Positions 23,649 through 38,936 of a stretch of DNA of 64,000 nt are shown one piece after another. Under the pieces are notes generated by a model. The model saw nothing but the letters and a program-made list of their open reading frames with translations. It was not told the origin of the DNA and searched no databases. Origin of the DNA: Neocallimastix sp. 'constans' (lineage: Eukaryota); NCBI GenBank assembly GCA_050613775.1, contig JBODTK010000107.1, positions 62,001-126,000 on the forward strand. The letters run 5' to 3'. Numbering within the stretch: position 1 is the first letter of the stretch; each line of letters opens with the position of its first letter. Position numbers and translations under genes: made by a program.

Positions 23649-24417
23649 TTAATCAGATTTTTCATTTTCTTTCTTTTCTTTTTTTTCCTTCTTTTCTTCA
23701 ACTTTTTTAACTGGAAGGAATTTTATTGGATTCTTTGAATAGAATGGCCATGGTGGGAGAATAATCTTCAAATATTTTTCATTTGAAAAATTTTTTTTTT
23801 TATTTTATTATTATTTATAAAATAATATATTTATAATTAATTTAATATGAATTGGATAGATTTATGAATTGATATTGAATATATATAAATAGTTATACAT
23901 ATTAAATAAATTTTATACAATATTATGAAAAATATAAGATTAGTAAAAATATAAATATTTATTGTAATAAATAATATATTATATACGAAATTGATTGTAA
24001 AAATTACCACTGCAGTAATAATAATTCCTGCTAACATGATGTAACAACTTATTTTAACGGATTGCATTACAAAACCAACAATAAATGAAACAATCTATAC
24101 ATTTATATATAATAAATAATATATAATTTAATAAAATATAAATTTCGTATGGATGTATATTTATATTTATATTTATTTAAAAATATACATACACCGAAAA
24201 CAATAAGAATACATTGCATTAATTTTTCAGTTAATTGCTGTCCTTTGAAATCCTATTTTATTTTTATTTATTTATTTTTGAAATTTTAAAAAATGTATTT
24301 TCATTAATATTATTATATTACATTTAATTATTTTAGGTATTATTCATTTTATAATATTATTAATATATTAAATATTTAAATTAAATTTCTTACAATATCA
24401 TCTTTAATTAAAGCCAT
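23649..24417 (-). CDS. SPC1: Signal peptidase complex subunit 1 (SPC12/SPCS1), 95 aa. Exons 24417-24394, 24252-24193, 24094-24008, 23765-23649
   Basis: Spliced: MALIKDDI|DFKGQQLTEKLMQCILIVFG|IVSFIVGFVMQSVKISCYIMLAGIIITAV|IILPPWPFYSKNPIKFLP...SD*. It has the DFxGQ and PPWPFY..NP family signatures and two TM segments. All introns are phase 0. Confidence 0.93.
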
Positions 24418-26008
24418 TTTTATTTATAATAAATATTCTTCTATTTTTAATATACTAAATATTCTTTTATTTATACTTTTTATTTTATTTTATTTTATTT
24501 ATTTTTTAAATTTTTTTTTTTTTTTTTTTTATTTTCAAATTTCACCTTTTATTTTGATAGAAAATAATTTTATTTTATTTTATTTTTATTAGTATTTATA
24601 AATAATAAAAAATATATATATAAATAGATTACAAAAATTTTTAACTTCTTTTTATTAAATTAAAAATTAATATTTATTTAATTCAAATGTATAATTAATA
24701 ATAAATATTTATATTTCAATAAAAATTAAATAATTTTGAAGATATATATGTAAATATTTGATTGGAAAAAGTCTAATATAAATATTTTTTTTTAAAAAAA
24801 ATTTATATCATTTTTTTTAGGCTCTTTTTTACCATAATACACACCAGACAAATCAGAAAAAATTATTGTATATTATTAATTAGGAAAAATATATAAAATT
24901 ATATATAAACTAATTAATGAAAATATAAATTTAAAATAAATAAATAAATAAAAATAATAATAGAAATAATTAAGATAATAAATACAATACTTAATAAATA
25001 ATAAATACAATACTTAATAAATAAAAATTAATAATAAAAAATTAACAATAAATTATAATAAATAATTAATAAATAATTAATGAATAAGTGAATAAATAAA
25101 TAAATAAATAAAAATATGTTATTAAAATGTATACATTATTTTAATTATTGTAATTGAATCAGATTAAATTGTGGAGGTTTAATTTAATATTTATAAATTA
25201 ATATATTAAATAAATATTATTTTAATAAATTATAATAAATAATTATATAGTAAAATAAATATTAACACAAATTATAAATATAATTGAAATATATTAAAAT
25301 AATGTTATATACAGTTAATTTTAATACGAATTAATATATTTCATTTTTAAATTATTAGATTATTTAACTTTTTGAAGATAATGAAATTCTATAAACAATT
25401 TTCATAAATTTTTATTGAACATAATAAAATTCTATGAATTTTATGTAATTTCAGATGATTTTTATAGAATTACCACATTAATCATTGGTTTAAAATATGT
25501 ATTAAAAAAATTTTTATAATAAATAAAGTTTAATTATATATTAATTATTATTTATTTAAATAAGATTAATTATAAAATTTTTTTAACATAAAATATTAAA
25601 ATTTTTTAATGATGATATAATTATTCCTTTTTTTTAATTATATATATTCATATATATATATTTTTTGATAATTTTAATATATAAAATTTTTTTTTCTTTT
25701 TTGCTTTTCTATATTCTTGACTTTTAAATATTTTTTTTTTTTTTTTTTTTTTTCATATATACAGTGACATTTATCCAAATTAATTTTTAATAGAAATATT
25801 GTTTACAAATTTCATTAAATTGTTAATTTAAAAGTAAATTTAATGTTATTAAATATTGAATAAAGAATTTTAAATATTATTAAAAGTTAATGATATAATT
25901 AATTAATTAAAAAATAAATACATATTAAAAAACTAGTTTTATAATAATATAATTGTATATAATATTGACTATATTTATTAAAGAGAAAATTTTATTTATG
26001 AAATTGAT

Positions 26009-26050
<42 letters not shown>

Positions 26051-26276
26051 ACAATATACTAATAAATATAAAAATAATTTTTGAGGTTTTTAAAAGTAAT
26101 GCAAAATTTTAAAATTAATTATTAATTAATTTTTTTTTTAAAGTATAATTTATCAATAATGATAGAGACATTTCAATATAATTGAAATATATTTTAGATT
26201 TTTTCATTTATATAATACCTTTAAAAGGAAAAATAAAATATTTATCTTGTAAATAATATTTTAGTATTTATCAATC

Positions 26277-26308
<32 letters not shown>

Positions 26309-26455
26309 CATATAACTTAAAAAGATAAAAATAATCAAAAATAGTTAAAAAAAAAAAAAAAAACTTTTATATTAATTTAAAAAAATCAATTGATATATGT
26401 ATAATTAATTAAAAAATAAATAAAAATTATAATTTAAATGAAATAAATTATCAAT

Positions 26456-27415
26456 ATGTTATCATTAGATATAAAGAATATTAAAAAAGGATATGAAGAT
26501 AAAAAAGAATTTCAAAATATTGCAAAAGCAATAAGGAAATCCAAAAGATGTATTGTTGTAACAGGAGCTGGAATTTCTGTTTCAGGAGGAATACCTGTAG
26601 GATATGAATTTTCATTAATAATATATATTGAATTTTTTAAACAATTTTTTTAAAATTTAAATATATTTTTGATGTTGTAGTAAATTTTTTATTTATTTTT
26701 AATTAATTTATATAAATAATTAATTATAAATGAATTTTTTTTATCAATTAATAAAATTAAAATGAAATTATATACACAAAAGGATTTCAGATCATCAGAC
26801 GGTTTATACAATTTAGTAAAAAATAAATATCCTCAAGCCGTTGTGAAGGGAAAAGATTTATTTGATGCTACTTTATTTAGAGATCCGATAACAACAAAAG
26901 TATTCTATACTTTTATGGGCGAATTTAAAGAAATTTTAAGTAAAGCAAAAATCACTTCCACGCATCGTTTCGTTAAAGAACTGGATAATCAAGGAAAATT
27001 ACTTCGTTGTTATACCCAAAATATAGATAGTTTAGAACGAAGACTTCAATTATCTACCGATATCACTGATAAAAAAAATGTAAAAATTGTGCAACTACAT
27101 GGTGATATGGATCGTGTTGTATGTACATTATGTCAAGAAACTTTTGAATTCACTAATGACCATAAAACGGTTTTTAAGGAAGGAAACTCAGTACCTTGCC
27201 CTTCCTGTCAATCTAAAAGTAATATTCGTGAAATGACTGGGAAAAGAGCAATTTCTGTTGGTTCATTAAGACCCAATATTGTATTATATAACGAACATCA
27301 TATTAATGGTAATATATACATTAATATTAATAATAATTACTATTATAATTACTATTATCCTAAATTTTTAATATTTATAATAATAATATTAATAATAATA
27401 AAAATAATAATAAAC

Positions 27416-27446
<31 letters not shown>

Positions 27447-29528
27447 ATAGCATCAAATTAAATAATATAAAATATAACTTTGAAAAAGAAATTAAAATAA
27501 TGTTGTAATAAATAATAGAATAATGTATTTTCAAAAATTTAATTATTTTTTATATATTTTCAATATTAAATAATTATATTTATTTAACAAATAAATTATA
27601 AAATAGGTGATTTAATTAATGACTTTGTTAATTCTGATATAGCAAAAAAACCAGATTTATTAATTGTCATAGGAACATCCCTAAAAGTTTATGGAATAAA
27701 AAATTTAGTAAAACGAATAGCTCAAATAGTTCATACCAGAAAAACAGGAAAGGTAATATTTATCAATAAAACTAAAATATGTTGTAAATCATGGGAAGAA
27801 ATTTTTGATTATGAAGTCATATCGACATCAGATGAAGCAGTAAATTTATTGAAAAAAGAAATGGATTATTTAGATGTACAAGAAACCATTAAAAAGGAAA
27901 TGGCCATAAGGAAAGAAGAGCTTAAAGAAGAATTAAAAGCTAAAGGTATTTAAAGATTTGATTATAATTATATTGTAAAATATAAATATATATTTTGTTT
28001 TATATATATATATATATATTTTAAAAAATAAAAATAAAAGTAAAATAAAAATAAAAAAAAAAATAAAATAAAAAACACAGTAATAATAATAATTATTATT
28101 ATTATATTATTATATTATTATATATATATATATTTTTATATCTAATTAAAATCGATATTATTTATATATTAATATTTATTATATATATAATATTAATATT
28201 AAATTTAAAAATTACACCTATATAAATTAAAATTTAAACCAAAGGTATTAAATATAATCCAAGAATACATAAATTTAATGAAATTACACCTGATCAAAGT
28301 ATTCTAAAAATTGAAGATAAAACGGGAAATCTTGTTATACATATACCTCATAAATCAGTAAAAATTGAACTTGAAGATGATGAAGGTAATAATAGTGGTA
28401 GTGAAGATAAAATGAATATTGCTTCATCACCGACACTTTCAGTATCTTCAGTATTTTCATCTTCTTCATCACTATCTACGCTCACGGATTTGACAGAATT
28501 TGAAGATGTTATTGAAGGAGATCAAATTATACTCGATAATATATATAATAGTCATAATTTACAAGAAATATTAGCTAAAGGGGAAGATGAAATAAGAAAG
28601 AATGAGATAAACCAAAAGAACATTGTTGAATCATTACCTTCATTGGATATACCAGAAGAACGTTTGGCTATGGAAAAACTTTCAGTTAGTGAACCATCAG
28701 ATGAAGAAATTAGTACTGAAAAAGAGAAGCAAATTCAATCTTCCAATGAATCATTATCATCACAGAAAACAGAAATAGATACTGAATCATCATTGTCGAC
28801 AAAAGCAGAGAAAGAATTAACGAAAGAAGAATCGGGAAAAGGGATGACAATTAAAATCACTAATAATATAATAAAACTTAATTTAGGTAAAAAGAAAACT
28901 GAATCCTCTCGAACAAATATTAAATCGATAAAATTAAAATTAAATACATCTAAATCAGAAGAAAAAGAAAATGAAGTTGATGTAAGTTTTTATCAATAAA
29001 ATATAATTTATTTATTAATGTTAATAATAATAATAATAGTAGTAATAATAAAAAATAATTAATAAAGATTATTTACTAAGGAATTTAACTTTTTACAATA
29101 AAAAAAAAAAATGAAAAATAAAAAAGCAGTATATGGATATAGAAAAATCAAACTATCCTCCAATTATCTATAGTTTAAGATCAAGAACGAATAGTTCTGA
29201 ATCTTTAAGTGAAAAGATGAAAACTCCAACATCAATAACATCTAAAAAAGGAGCCACAATGACATCGAAAAAACAATCAAAATCTGCTAAAAATACTAAA
29301 ACTTCAAGAAGTAAAAGAAAAACAGTAACAACTACAACAAGGACGACGACTAATTCAAAAAAGGAATCTACCTACTTTCGAAATAAATTAAAAGTAGGTA
29401 AAAAAAATGTTACTGCAATATCAACTGTACCTAAAAAGAATAATAAAATAACCAGTAAAAGAAATATTTTAGATGAAAAATCAGTTAATAGTGTACCCCT
29501 TGGCAAACGATTAAGAATCAAAAAATAA
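26456..29528 (+). CDS. NAD-dependent deacetylase, sirtuin of Hst3/Hst4 type, with a long acidic-then-basic disordered tail. Exons 26456-26596, 26783-27308, 27607-27945, 28245-28981, 29130-29528
   Basis: Motifs TGAGISVSGGIP|DFRSSDGLY, KGKDLFDA, LLRCYTQNIDSLE, QLHGD, CTLC/CPSC, LRPNIVLYNE and PDLLIVIGTSLKVYG. The last three fit the Hst3/Hst4 subgroup. Confidence 0.92.
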
Positions 29529-30384
29529 ATTTAATAAGAAAAAAAAAAGTTTTATTAAAAGAAAGATATATATATTATTTATCATATACAGCTACACACA
29601 ATATATATATATTTATTTAATTCATTATATATATATATTAAAAAATAATAATAATAATAATATACAACTTTCAAAAAATATAAAAAAAAATTTTTTTTTT
29701 AAATTTTTTATAATTATTTTATTCTTCAATAATTTTTCTTGAAACCTACTCAGATATATACATTTATTAATTTTAATTTTAATTTTGATTTTTTTCTTCT
29801 TTTACCAATATATATTTATATTTATAAATCATACACATACACTAATTTAAAGTTAAGTAGCGTACAACTTTTTTTTTTTTTTTTAATAATTGTTATCAAT
29901 TCATTTTAATATAATATATATTTTTTATTTTTTATTAATATGTATTTATAATGTTTTATATTATAAATATTACATAAAAAATAGTATTTTTAATTAATTA
30001 TTACATAAGAAGAAATTTTAAATACTTTATTATTATTATTATTTTTTTTCAATACAAAAAAAGAAAATTAAAGTTAAGAAATTAAAATTATCATTAATAT
30101 GAATGATTGAATTTATTTACTATTATAATTTTATTATTATTATTATTTTAATTTTTATTTTTATTTTTATTTTTTTATATTTTTATTTTTATTTTTTTTT
30201 TTTTTTTTCTATGTAGTTATTATAATCAATATTAAGTATTATTATTAAATTTTTTTTATATATATTATATTTATTTAAGGTAATGATATCAATAATATAA
30301 TAGTATATAAGTTTACCAGTTTAAAAAAAAATAACATATAATATCGTAATTTAATTTATATATATATATTTTATCTTTTATATA

Positions 30385-30429
<45 letters not shown>

Positions 30430-30564
30430 ATAAAAGTTTTTTTATTATTAAATAAATATATAATAATTAAATGATAATTACCAATTTCTATATTTTATTT
30501 TAAATTTATATAATTAGTATTAATTTTTACAATATTATTATTATCTATTATTATTTAATACGTA

Positions 30565-30600
<36 letters not shown>

Positions 30601-32360
30601 AGATTTAAACCTTATCACCCCATCGAATTATAGTTTTCAATTTATTTATTAATATTTAATTAAATTTTATTTATATCAGAACAATATTCATTAATTATTT
30701 CAACAAAATATATATATATATATTTATATATTTATAAATTAAAAATAATAATAAAAGTTTCATAAAAAATTATATATATATATATAAAAAAAAGTGATAT
30801 TATTTATATTTAATGTATTAACAATTTAAAAATTTGTCACTGATTTTATATGAAGAAAAAAAAAATTTTTACTTTTAAATGGATTATAAAAAAAATTTTT
30901 TTTTCAAAAATTTGTTATTTCTAAAAAGCAATTTACAGTCTTTTATGTGGAAATAAATAATTTTTGATTTCTTTTTTTTTATTTTTTTACATATTATTAA
31001 ATTTAAAGTTAATATAAAACTTTAAATTTGAATATCCGATAAAAACAAATTAAAAAATAAAGAAAAAAAAATTCTCCAAAGTATAAATAAAAAATATGTA
31101 TCATAAATATTATTATATATTTTTATATTATATATGTAATAAATAATATATATAATAAATAAATTGATTAAAAAAATTTTTTTTTAAATTTTTTATTAAA
31201 AAATGGATGATATTTAATATATATATCTAAATAAAAAACTATAATAATTATATAACATTTAATCTTTTTATTCTGTATTAATTATTATTTATACCTTAAT
31301 TTCTTATGAATATTTATTTTATTATTAAATGTCTAATAATCATAATTCATAAATAAGATGGAAAACAATTTTAAAAAGGTTAAAAAAAAAAAAAAAAGAA
31401 GACATTTTTATATAATTAATATAAAATCTATTTATTTAATATTAAACTCCAGTCCTATGATTGTTAGAAATTTCTTAATAGTAAAGATAAAAAAATATTA
31501 TTTTTTAAAGTAACTAAATTAATTTATTCATAGTAATAAGAAATAAAAATATGATAATTAAATTCTATAATATATTTTAATTAATGGATATATTTTATTT
31601 TTTATTACATTTTAATTATATTTATAAACTTTTTTTTTTAAAAAAAAAATTATATCCACTAAATTATTAAATTATAAATTATATTTATATTTATAATTAC
31701 TATTAAAATAAAATTCATATATACTTTATATAAGTAAAAGAAAAAAAATTAAAAAAAAAAATAAAAATATAAAAACAAAAGCAAAAAGAAATCTTATAAA
31801 AAGTAATCTTAAATATATATATATTTTTATTAATATATTGTATCAATTATGTATAATTCATAATGTAATAATCATTTCTTTTATTTTTATTTTATAATTT
31901 ACATTTTTTTTATTTTTTTATTTTATTTAATTTTCTATTGAAATAATAACTGTCAATTTAGAATTGTATTAAAAAAAAATAAAAAAATGATATCATAATA
32001 TATATAAATATATATATATAAATAAAAAAAACTAATAAATTTTTATATATATATAAACTAATTATTATTAATTTTTACTTCATATATTTCATTTTATGAT
32101 TATAATATATATATATATTTTAGAAAAAAAATAAAATAAAATAAAAAAGTTAATTCTTTTCAAGAAATTTGTTTTTCTTTCAATTTAGATTTTTTTTTTT
32201 TTTTTATTTTTTTAAAATAAAAAAAAAAAAATAAAAAATAGAAATAAAATAAAATTAAAGAATAATATAGAGTTTTTTTTTTTTTTTTTTTTTTTTTGTC
32301 AAATTATTAATATATATATAAAAAGATAAAATTAAATTATAAAATTATATATAGAATGAA

Positions 32361-33846
32361 ATGGTGATAAGTAAACAAGTATTAAATACTATAAAAGAAA
32401 AAGGAAATCAAAGAATTGTTATAACACAGGAATGTAAGGTTCATCATAAAACATATAGAATTTACATAGATCCTAAGAATCTAAATTTGGAACAGGTAAA
32501 AGGTCTAAAAGATTTAGAAGATTTAAAAGATGTAGAAGGTAATATTTTATTATAATCATTAAATAATTAAAATAAAATTACAAGAATAATACAATTTATA
32601 TATTTTTTATTTTTTACCTATAAAATTAATTATTTTTTGAAAATTATAAATATATAAAATTAATAATAATAATATATATATATTTTTTTTTGTATAAATA
32701 TAATTATTTTATATTATTAATTTTTTATAGTAAACTTATTAATTAATAAAATAATATATAATATATATATTTCTATATATATATTTTTTTAATAATAATT
32801 TATTTTATATTATATTTATTTTGATGATTTAATAAAATAAAATTTAGAAAAAAATACTGAAAATTTATCAACAGTTGAAGGAAGATGGAAAAAATATATT
32901 GGTAAATAAAATAAATACAAAAATTAAAATTAATAATATTCAGTAATAATATTTATTTGTTATAATAAGCCTAAATAAATATATAAAAACATTTTTTTAT
33001 TTTCTTAAAATATTTAAAATTTTATTTAATTATGATACAATAAATTTAATAATAATAAAATAAAATAAATATAACTTTACAGATATTTGAAATTTTATTT
33101 AATTATGATACAATAAATGATATAATAATAGTTTTTAAACTAAAAAATTATATATATATTATATTCCAGTGAAATAAAAAAAATTTTTTTTCTAAATAAA
33201 ATACATATGTAATAAAAAAAAAAAAAATACTCTATTCAAATATATATATATATATAATACTCAAATGTTTAAAAGCAACTTTTTTTTTTTTTTTTAAAAA
33301 AAAATATATTCTATAATAAAATAAAAAAAAAGAAAAAAGAAAAAAGAATAATAAATATTAAACAAACATTAAACGAACAATAACAACAATTAAAATTTAT
33401 TTTTACTTAAACAAAAATATAAATATAATAAAATGGATAATTTAAATATATATGCATGTAATAATTAGCTATCAATTTTTAATATTGTCATCAAATATTT
33501 AAAGTTAAAAATTTTTTTTAATTACTGAACAAATTTTTTTATCTAGTAATATATTCAAAATATAATAGTATTAATATTATTTTATTTTTTTGTTTTTTAT
33601 TATATTTAATATTTGTCTATTATTATTATCATTATAATGATTATATAAATATTAATATTTTTATTTTTTAGATAATATATGGCATTTCTATATACCAGAA
33701 ATTTTCTTTTTTATTAAGGATAGTATCTATTATGTTCTATTTTTACTTTTCAAGATAATGTTTTCAAGGTTCATATTATATTTAAAAAATTATATATTAT
33801 ATATTATTTATTAATTATTATAATTTTATTTTTGTTTATTTACTAG

Positions 33847-33877
<31 letters not shown>

Positions 33878-34092
33878 GATATACTTTTTTAGTTTTAATT
33901 TTTATTTTTATTTTATTTATTTATTTTTTATTAATATTATTATATCTTAATTATTTATTATAATATATATATATATTAAAAAAATGTATATCACTACAAT
34001 AATATAATTATTATTATTATTAATATTATTAATATTATTAGATTTTTTATTGTTATTGGATTATTATACCTTATAAAACTTAATTCTAATTC

Positions 34093-34124
<32 letters not shown>

Positions 34125-36643
34125 TGCTAAAAGAAATATCTCATGAAATGGTTTATTTATTCCAATTTTGTACCTCTTTACTTTCACTTTTCATACATTT
34201 ACCATCTTATTCTTATTCCTCCACTTCAAATTCAATACTTAATAATAATATACTTAGTTTCAATGGTAGACCTTCTAAACTATTAACAGATAACAAACGT
34301 TCAAATTATTATAATGATGATAATGATATGAACAAAAATAATATTTCAAATCATTTATCCGATAATAATTATTGTATATTTCCTAGAAATCAATTCATCA
34401 TTGGAGATATAATAGATAATACCAATTTGTTAAAAGAGGAGGGAAATGTATGTGATAACCTTCAATTCAAAAGCCAAACCCAATCAAATTCAAATTCAAT
34501 TTCTTCCGAAAAAGAAATGATGAAACAATTACTTGATTTTTCAGATGTATTTAAAAAACTTGATAATCTTCATAGCACATTAAATCAAATCAATCGAAAT
34601 CATGAATCACTTTATAAACATATTAAAAATACTAAAAATAGTCATCAAATCATTCATCATACATTAGAAGGTTACAGTCTTGAAATATATAATTTATATA
34701 ATAAAATTAATCAATCAGAAGAACAACTTATTCATACAATTCAATCTAAATCAAATGCTATAGATTTTCAGTATCAAAAAAATGTAGAAAGGGATGAACG
34801 TATCCTAAAAATACTCTATAATCATATGACTCAATTATATGATACACAAATAGATATTATTGATCAAGTCAATTCTCTTTTCACTCTAGTAGAAAATAAT
34901 TTAGATAATTCTTCATCTCAATTCCTTAATCTTTCTAATAATAGTAATAATAATAACAATAATAATAATAATAATAATCATTATGATCAATTGTTTATTC
35001 AAGGTTTTATGAAAAGAAAATACATAGTATTACGACAGGAAATGAATAAATATAAAATGATGTTAACCATCTTCGAACTACCCCTTAATTTATTAGTACA
35101 AAATGATTCTTTTCCTTATTTTGAAGATTTTCTTCAATATATTCAAAGAGAAAGTAAAACTTTTGCTCAATATACTGATATTTTAAAATTGAATCAATAT
35201 TCTTCTTTGGAAAATGAAAATGACAAACTATGTAAATTTGAAAATCCATTATGGAATACAAAAAATAATGAAGAAATATGTAAGGAAGATTACCATCAAA
35301 AAAGTCGATTTTTGAACACCAATGAATTAAATATAATATATGAATTATATCAAATATATCATGAACGTTTCCTTAAATTGAAACAAAAAAATATTAAAAA
35401 GAATCAAACAAATGAATCCCTCTTCCAAGAATTGAATCATATGACCAAACAAATAGAAAATGTTCATACCATTATTAAGATGTTGAATATGAATCAAGAA
35501 AAGTTAGAGAACAAATTTAAATCAATAGAACAATTAATGATAAACGGGAACCTTTCCTCTTTACAGCAGACTTCTTCTAATGCCAATCAATATATCCAAC
35601 CCCAATTTACTTCTCATAAAAATAAAAATAAATATGAAGATTGGATATGTTCATATATTCCTTCCAATTTTTATGCCGATTCCTCTCTTGATAATCCAGT
35701 CCCTACGATAAATTCATTGGATCAATGTCCAATATTCCATAATGAATTTATTGATTTAGTATATCAATATGTTATTAAAAAAATTCATGAATCAGATCAT
35801 GGAGTTAGTCAACCTGACTATGCTTTAAAGAGTAGTGGAGGGTATGTTATTCATTCTCTCACCAGTCCATCATATACTGGTGAAATTCATTATGAAGATC
35901 AAATTATTAATGATATGGATACTAATAAAGATAATACTAATAATAAACAAAAAAATACCAATACAATTTTAAATCAACGATATCATCATGATCATCATTC
36001 CAATGAAGCTAATTCATCCTTTCTCAAGATATTACTTTCTAAATATATATTGAATAACATAAGTTATTTTCTTAATCCGTCTGCAGATTTAGTCATAGAT
36101 CCTCATATACTACCTGGTTATGGTTGGGCTATGAAAGGATCCTCCGGTTATATTACTATTGGTTTAGCAAAACCAATATATCCAAAATCATTTACTATTG
36201 ATCATATTCCATTCAATCTTAATTTGGAAGATTCTCTGGCATCAGCTCCAAGATATATAGAAGTTATAGGTATCTATGATCTTCAAAAATATAAAATGAA
36301 TCAACGACAATCCAATAATAATAATAATAATAATAACAGTAAAAATGAAAATAAGAATCATAAAAAGAATAAAATCAAAATTTTAAATAATAATGGAAAA
36401 AGAAAAGGAAAAGGAAAAGGAAAAGAAAAAGAAGAAGAAGAAGAAGTAAAAGAAACGAACAATGAAATTATTCTAATTCCTGTATTTGAATTTGATCCAC
36501 TTCATACCACATCATTATCTGTACCTGTATCAAAAGATATATATATTCATATTAAGAAACCTATATCTTTTATTCAAATTAAAATACTTTCCAATTGGGG
36601 AAATTCGGATTATACCTATATCTATAGATTAAGAATACATTAA
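32361..36643 (+). CDS. SUN-domain (Sad1/UNC-84) nuclear envelope protein. Exons 32361-32538, 32848-32901, 33672-33768, 34042-36643
   Basis: C-terminal SUN motifs QPDYALKSSGGYVI..LTSPSY, PGYGWAMKGSSGYITIGL, FTIDHIP, SAPRYIEV and IKILSNWGNSDYTYIYRLRIH. Coiled-coil-like middle. The upstream exons splice in phase and supply a hydrophobic segment (IYYVLFLLFKIMFSRFFIVIGLLYLI); these 5' exons are less certain than the domain call. Confidence 0.85.
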
Positions 36644-37245
36644 TATTCATGTAAAATACTTTTATATAATATTAAAATTAAATAAAATAAAAAAAAAATT
36701 ATTAGATTTTTTTTTTTCTATTATATATATATATATATAATATATATTTGTTGGTTGGTTGGTTGTTTCATTTGTTTATGGTATTATTAAAATTAAAAAT
36801 TTAAAAAGCAAATTTAAAATTTGCCATTAAAATTGAATTCATTGGTATCAGCACTGACGCACTGACACTAAATCCATATATTAAAATATATAAATTCTTA
36901 ATACTAACAATAATAATAATTATCCAAAAAAAAAAAAAAAAAAAAAATAAAAAAATAAAAAAATTTTTTCTTTATAAAAATAAAGTTTGTTAAAATATAT
37001 ATATATAAAATAAATAGTAATAAATATATAATATATATATATAAAGAAAGAGTGTGTGTGAGTGCGTATGTGTGTATATATGTATATATAATAAAATATA
37101 ACTCTAATTTTTTTTTTTTATAGACATTTATAAACCATAATAATTTAAATAAATATATATATATATATATTTATTACTACTATTATTAATATTAATTTAT
37201 TTCTTTTTTTATTATTATTAATATTATTATTAACTGATCTTTCCA

Positions 37246-37288
<43 letters not shown>

Positions 37289-37359
37289 ACAGCATTTAAT
37301 CATAATAAAAAATCAAAAAATCATCATATTTAAAAAAAAAAATAATAAATAAAAATAAA

Positions 37360-37390
<31 letters not shown>

Positions 37391-37828
37391 TATAAAATAT
37401 AAAATATAAAAAATAAAAAAATAAATACATATATATTTAGTATTTAGTATTTCTTTCTTCTTTTATTGTTATTATTATTATTATTATTATTAACATTCAA
37501 TATTATTATTTATTATTTATTATTATTAAAATTATTTTATATCATTAAAATAAATGAGTTTTTTTTATTCATTTATTTATATATATATATATATATAATT
37601 AATTTTTATTTTTTTTTTTTTTTTTTTTTTTTATTATTTTTTATTTTTTTTAATAATAATAATCATACTTATATTTATATATATATATATTTTGTTTGTT
37701 TGTGTTTTTTTGTTTTGTTTTGCTTTGTTTTGTTTTAGTTTTAGTTTTGATTTATTGTTATTTTAATTTTATTTAATGAATTTTATTGTTCCTACTTTGA
37801 CTTCATTATAAATATATATATATTTAAT

Positions 37829-38936
37829 TTATTCTAAGTTTTCTGAAGATTTAGAAAGTGCCGATTCTCTTACTGGATTATTATTAACATCTTTCTTTAA
37901 CTGTTTTGGAACAGAATGTGGAATACGTTCAGGTGATGGAATTTGTGAACCAACATCATGTGGAGAAGAAACACCAGCTTTAGAAAGTGCATAATCTCCT
38001 GAATCAAAGTACTTTCTTTCACCCTATATATATTATTGTTATTATTATATAAATTATATATTACAAATTATATATTATAATGATTATTATCATATTATAT
38101 TATAAAGAAATAGTAGTATCTTAATATTAATTTAAAAGAAAAAAAAATTTTTTTTGTACATAATAAAATTTTTGATTCTTTCAATATATATTGAAATTAA
38201 GTTATAATTTTTTATTTATAAATTGCAATAATAAAAAATAAAAATAAAAATAAAAAAAGTATTTTTTCTTATTATTTTTTTTATATTATAATTATTCTTC
38301 ATTATAATTATCATTTAATATTTATCCTTTTTATTATTATTATTATTAATGTATCATGAATAATTATAAATACTTTATTTTCAATATTTATTTTTATTAG
38401 TATCTCAATTTTCCATTTTATTCTTTCGCATTAAGTTTTTTATTTTTATTTTTTCTTTTCCTGTTTAATTTGTTATCATTCTAAATATTTGTTTCTTTTT
38501 ACTTTTCTTAATTGAATATCAATTATTTCAATAAATAATTTATCCATTATTCTATTACCTTTAAACGGTTATTTAAAAAGTCCTTTTTCTTTGGTGGTAA
38601 ACGACCATATTTATTATAGAAGATTCTTTCTTCTTCAGATAGTGACTGTTTTTTTTTTTTTGTTTTGTTTTGTTTTTTACACAAAATTGATAGTAATAGT
38701 TTTTTTTTTTTTTAATGTTTATTTGTTAGTTCATTTGTTTATGGTATTATTAAAATTAAAAGCAAATTTAAAATTTATATATAAAAATTTTAATAAATAT
38801 TTATTAATATATAAATTCAGGTTAATAATAATATTATTTATTTAAATATTTAAAATGGATTATTCATCAAAAAAAATATTAATTAAAATTATATAAAAAT
38901 ATTTACATTTAAATCAATATTAGCTTTATCAGACAT
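37829..38936 (-). CDS. IGO1: Endosulfine / ARPP-19 family (Igo1-like PP2A-B55 inhibitor), 103 aa. Exons 38936-38907, 38645-38559, 38023-37829
   Basis: Spliced: MSDKANIDLN|SLSEEERIFYNKYGRLPPKKKDFLNNRLK|GERKYFDSGDYALSKAG...IPSPERIPH...ENLE*. Contains the hallmark KYFDSGDY. Absent from the ORF track. Confidence 0.93.

Noticed and set aside
32361..32555. Stand-alone 64-aa gene
   Set aside because: A GT donor at 32539 and in-phase downstream exons join it to the SUN ORF.
33018..33118. 29-bp duplication (aaattttatttaattatgatacaataaat) in SUN intron 2
   Set aside because: An ordinary local AT-rich duplication with no further structure.
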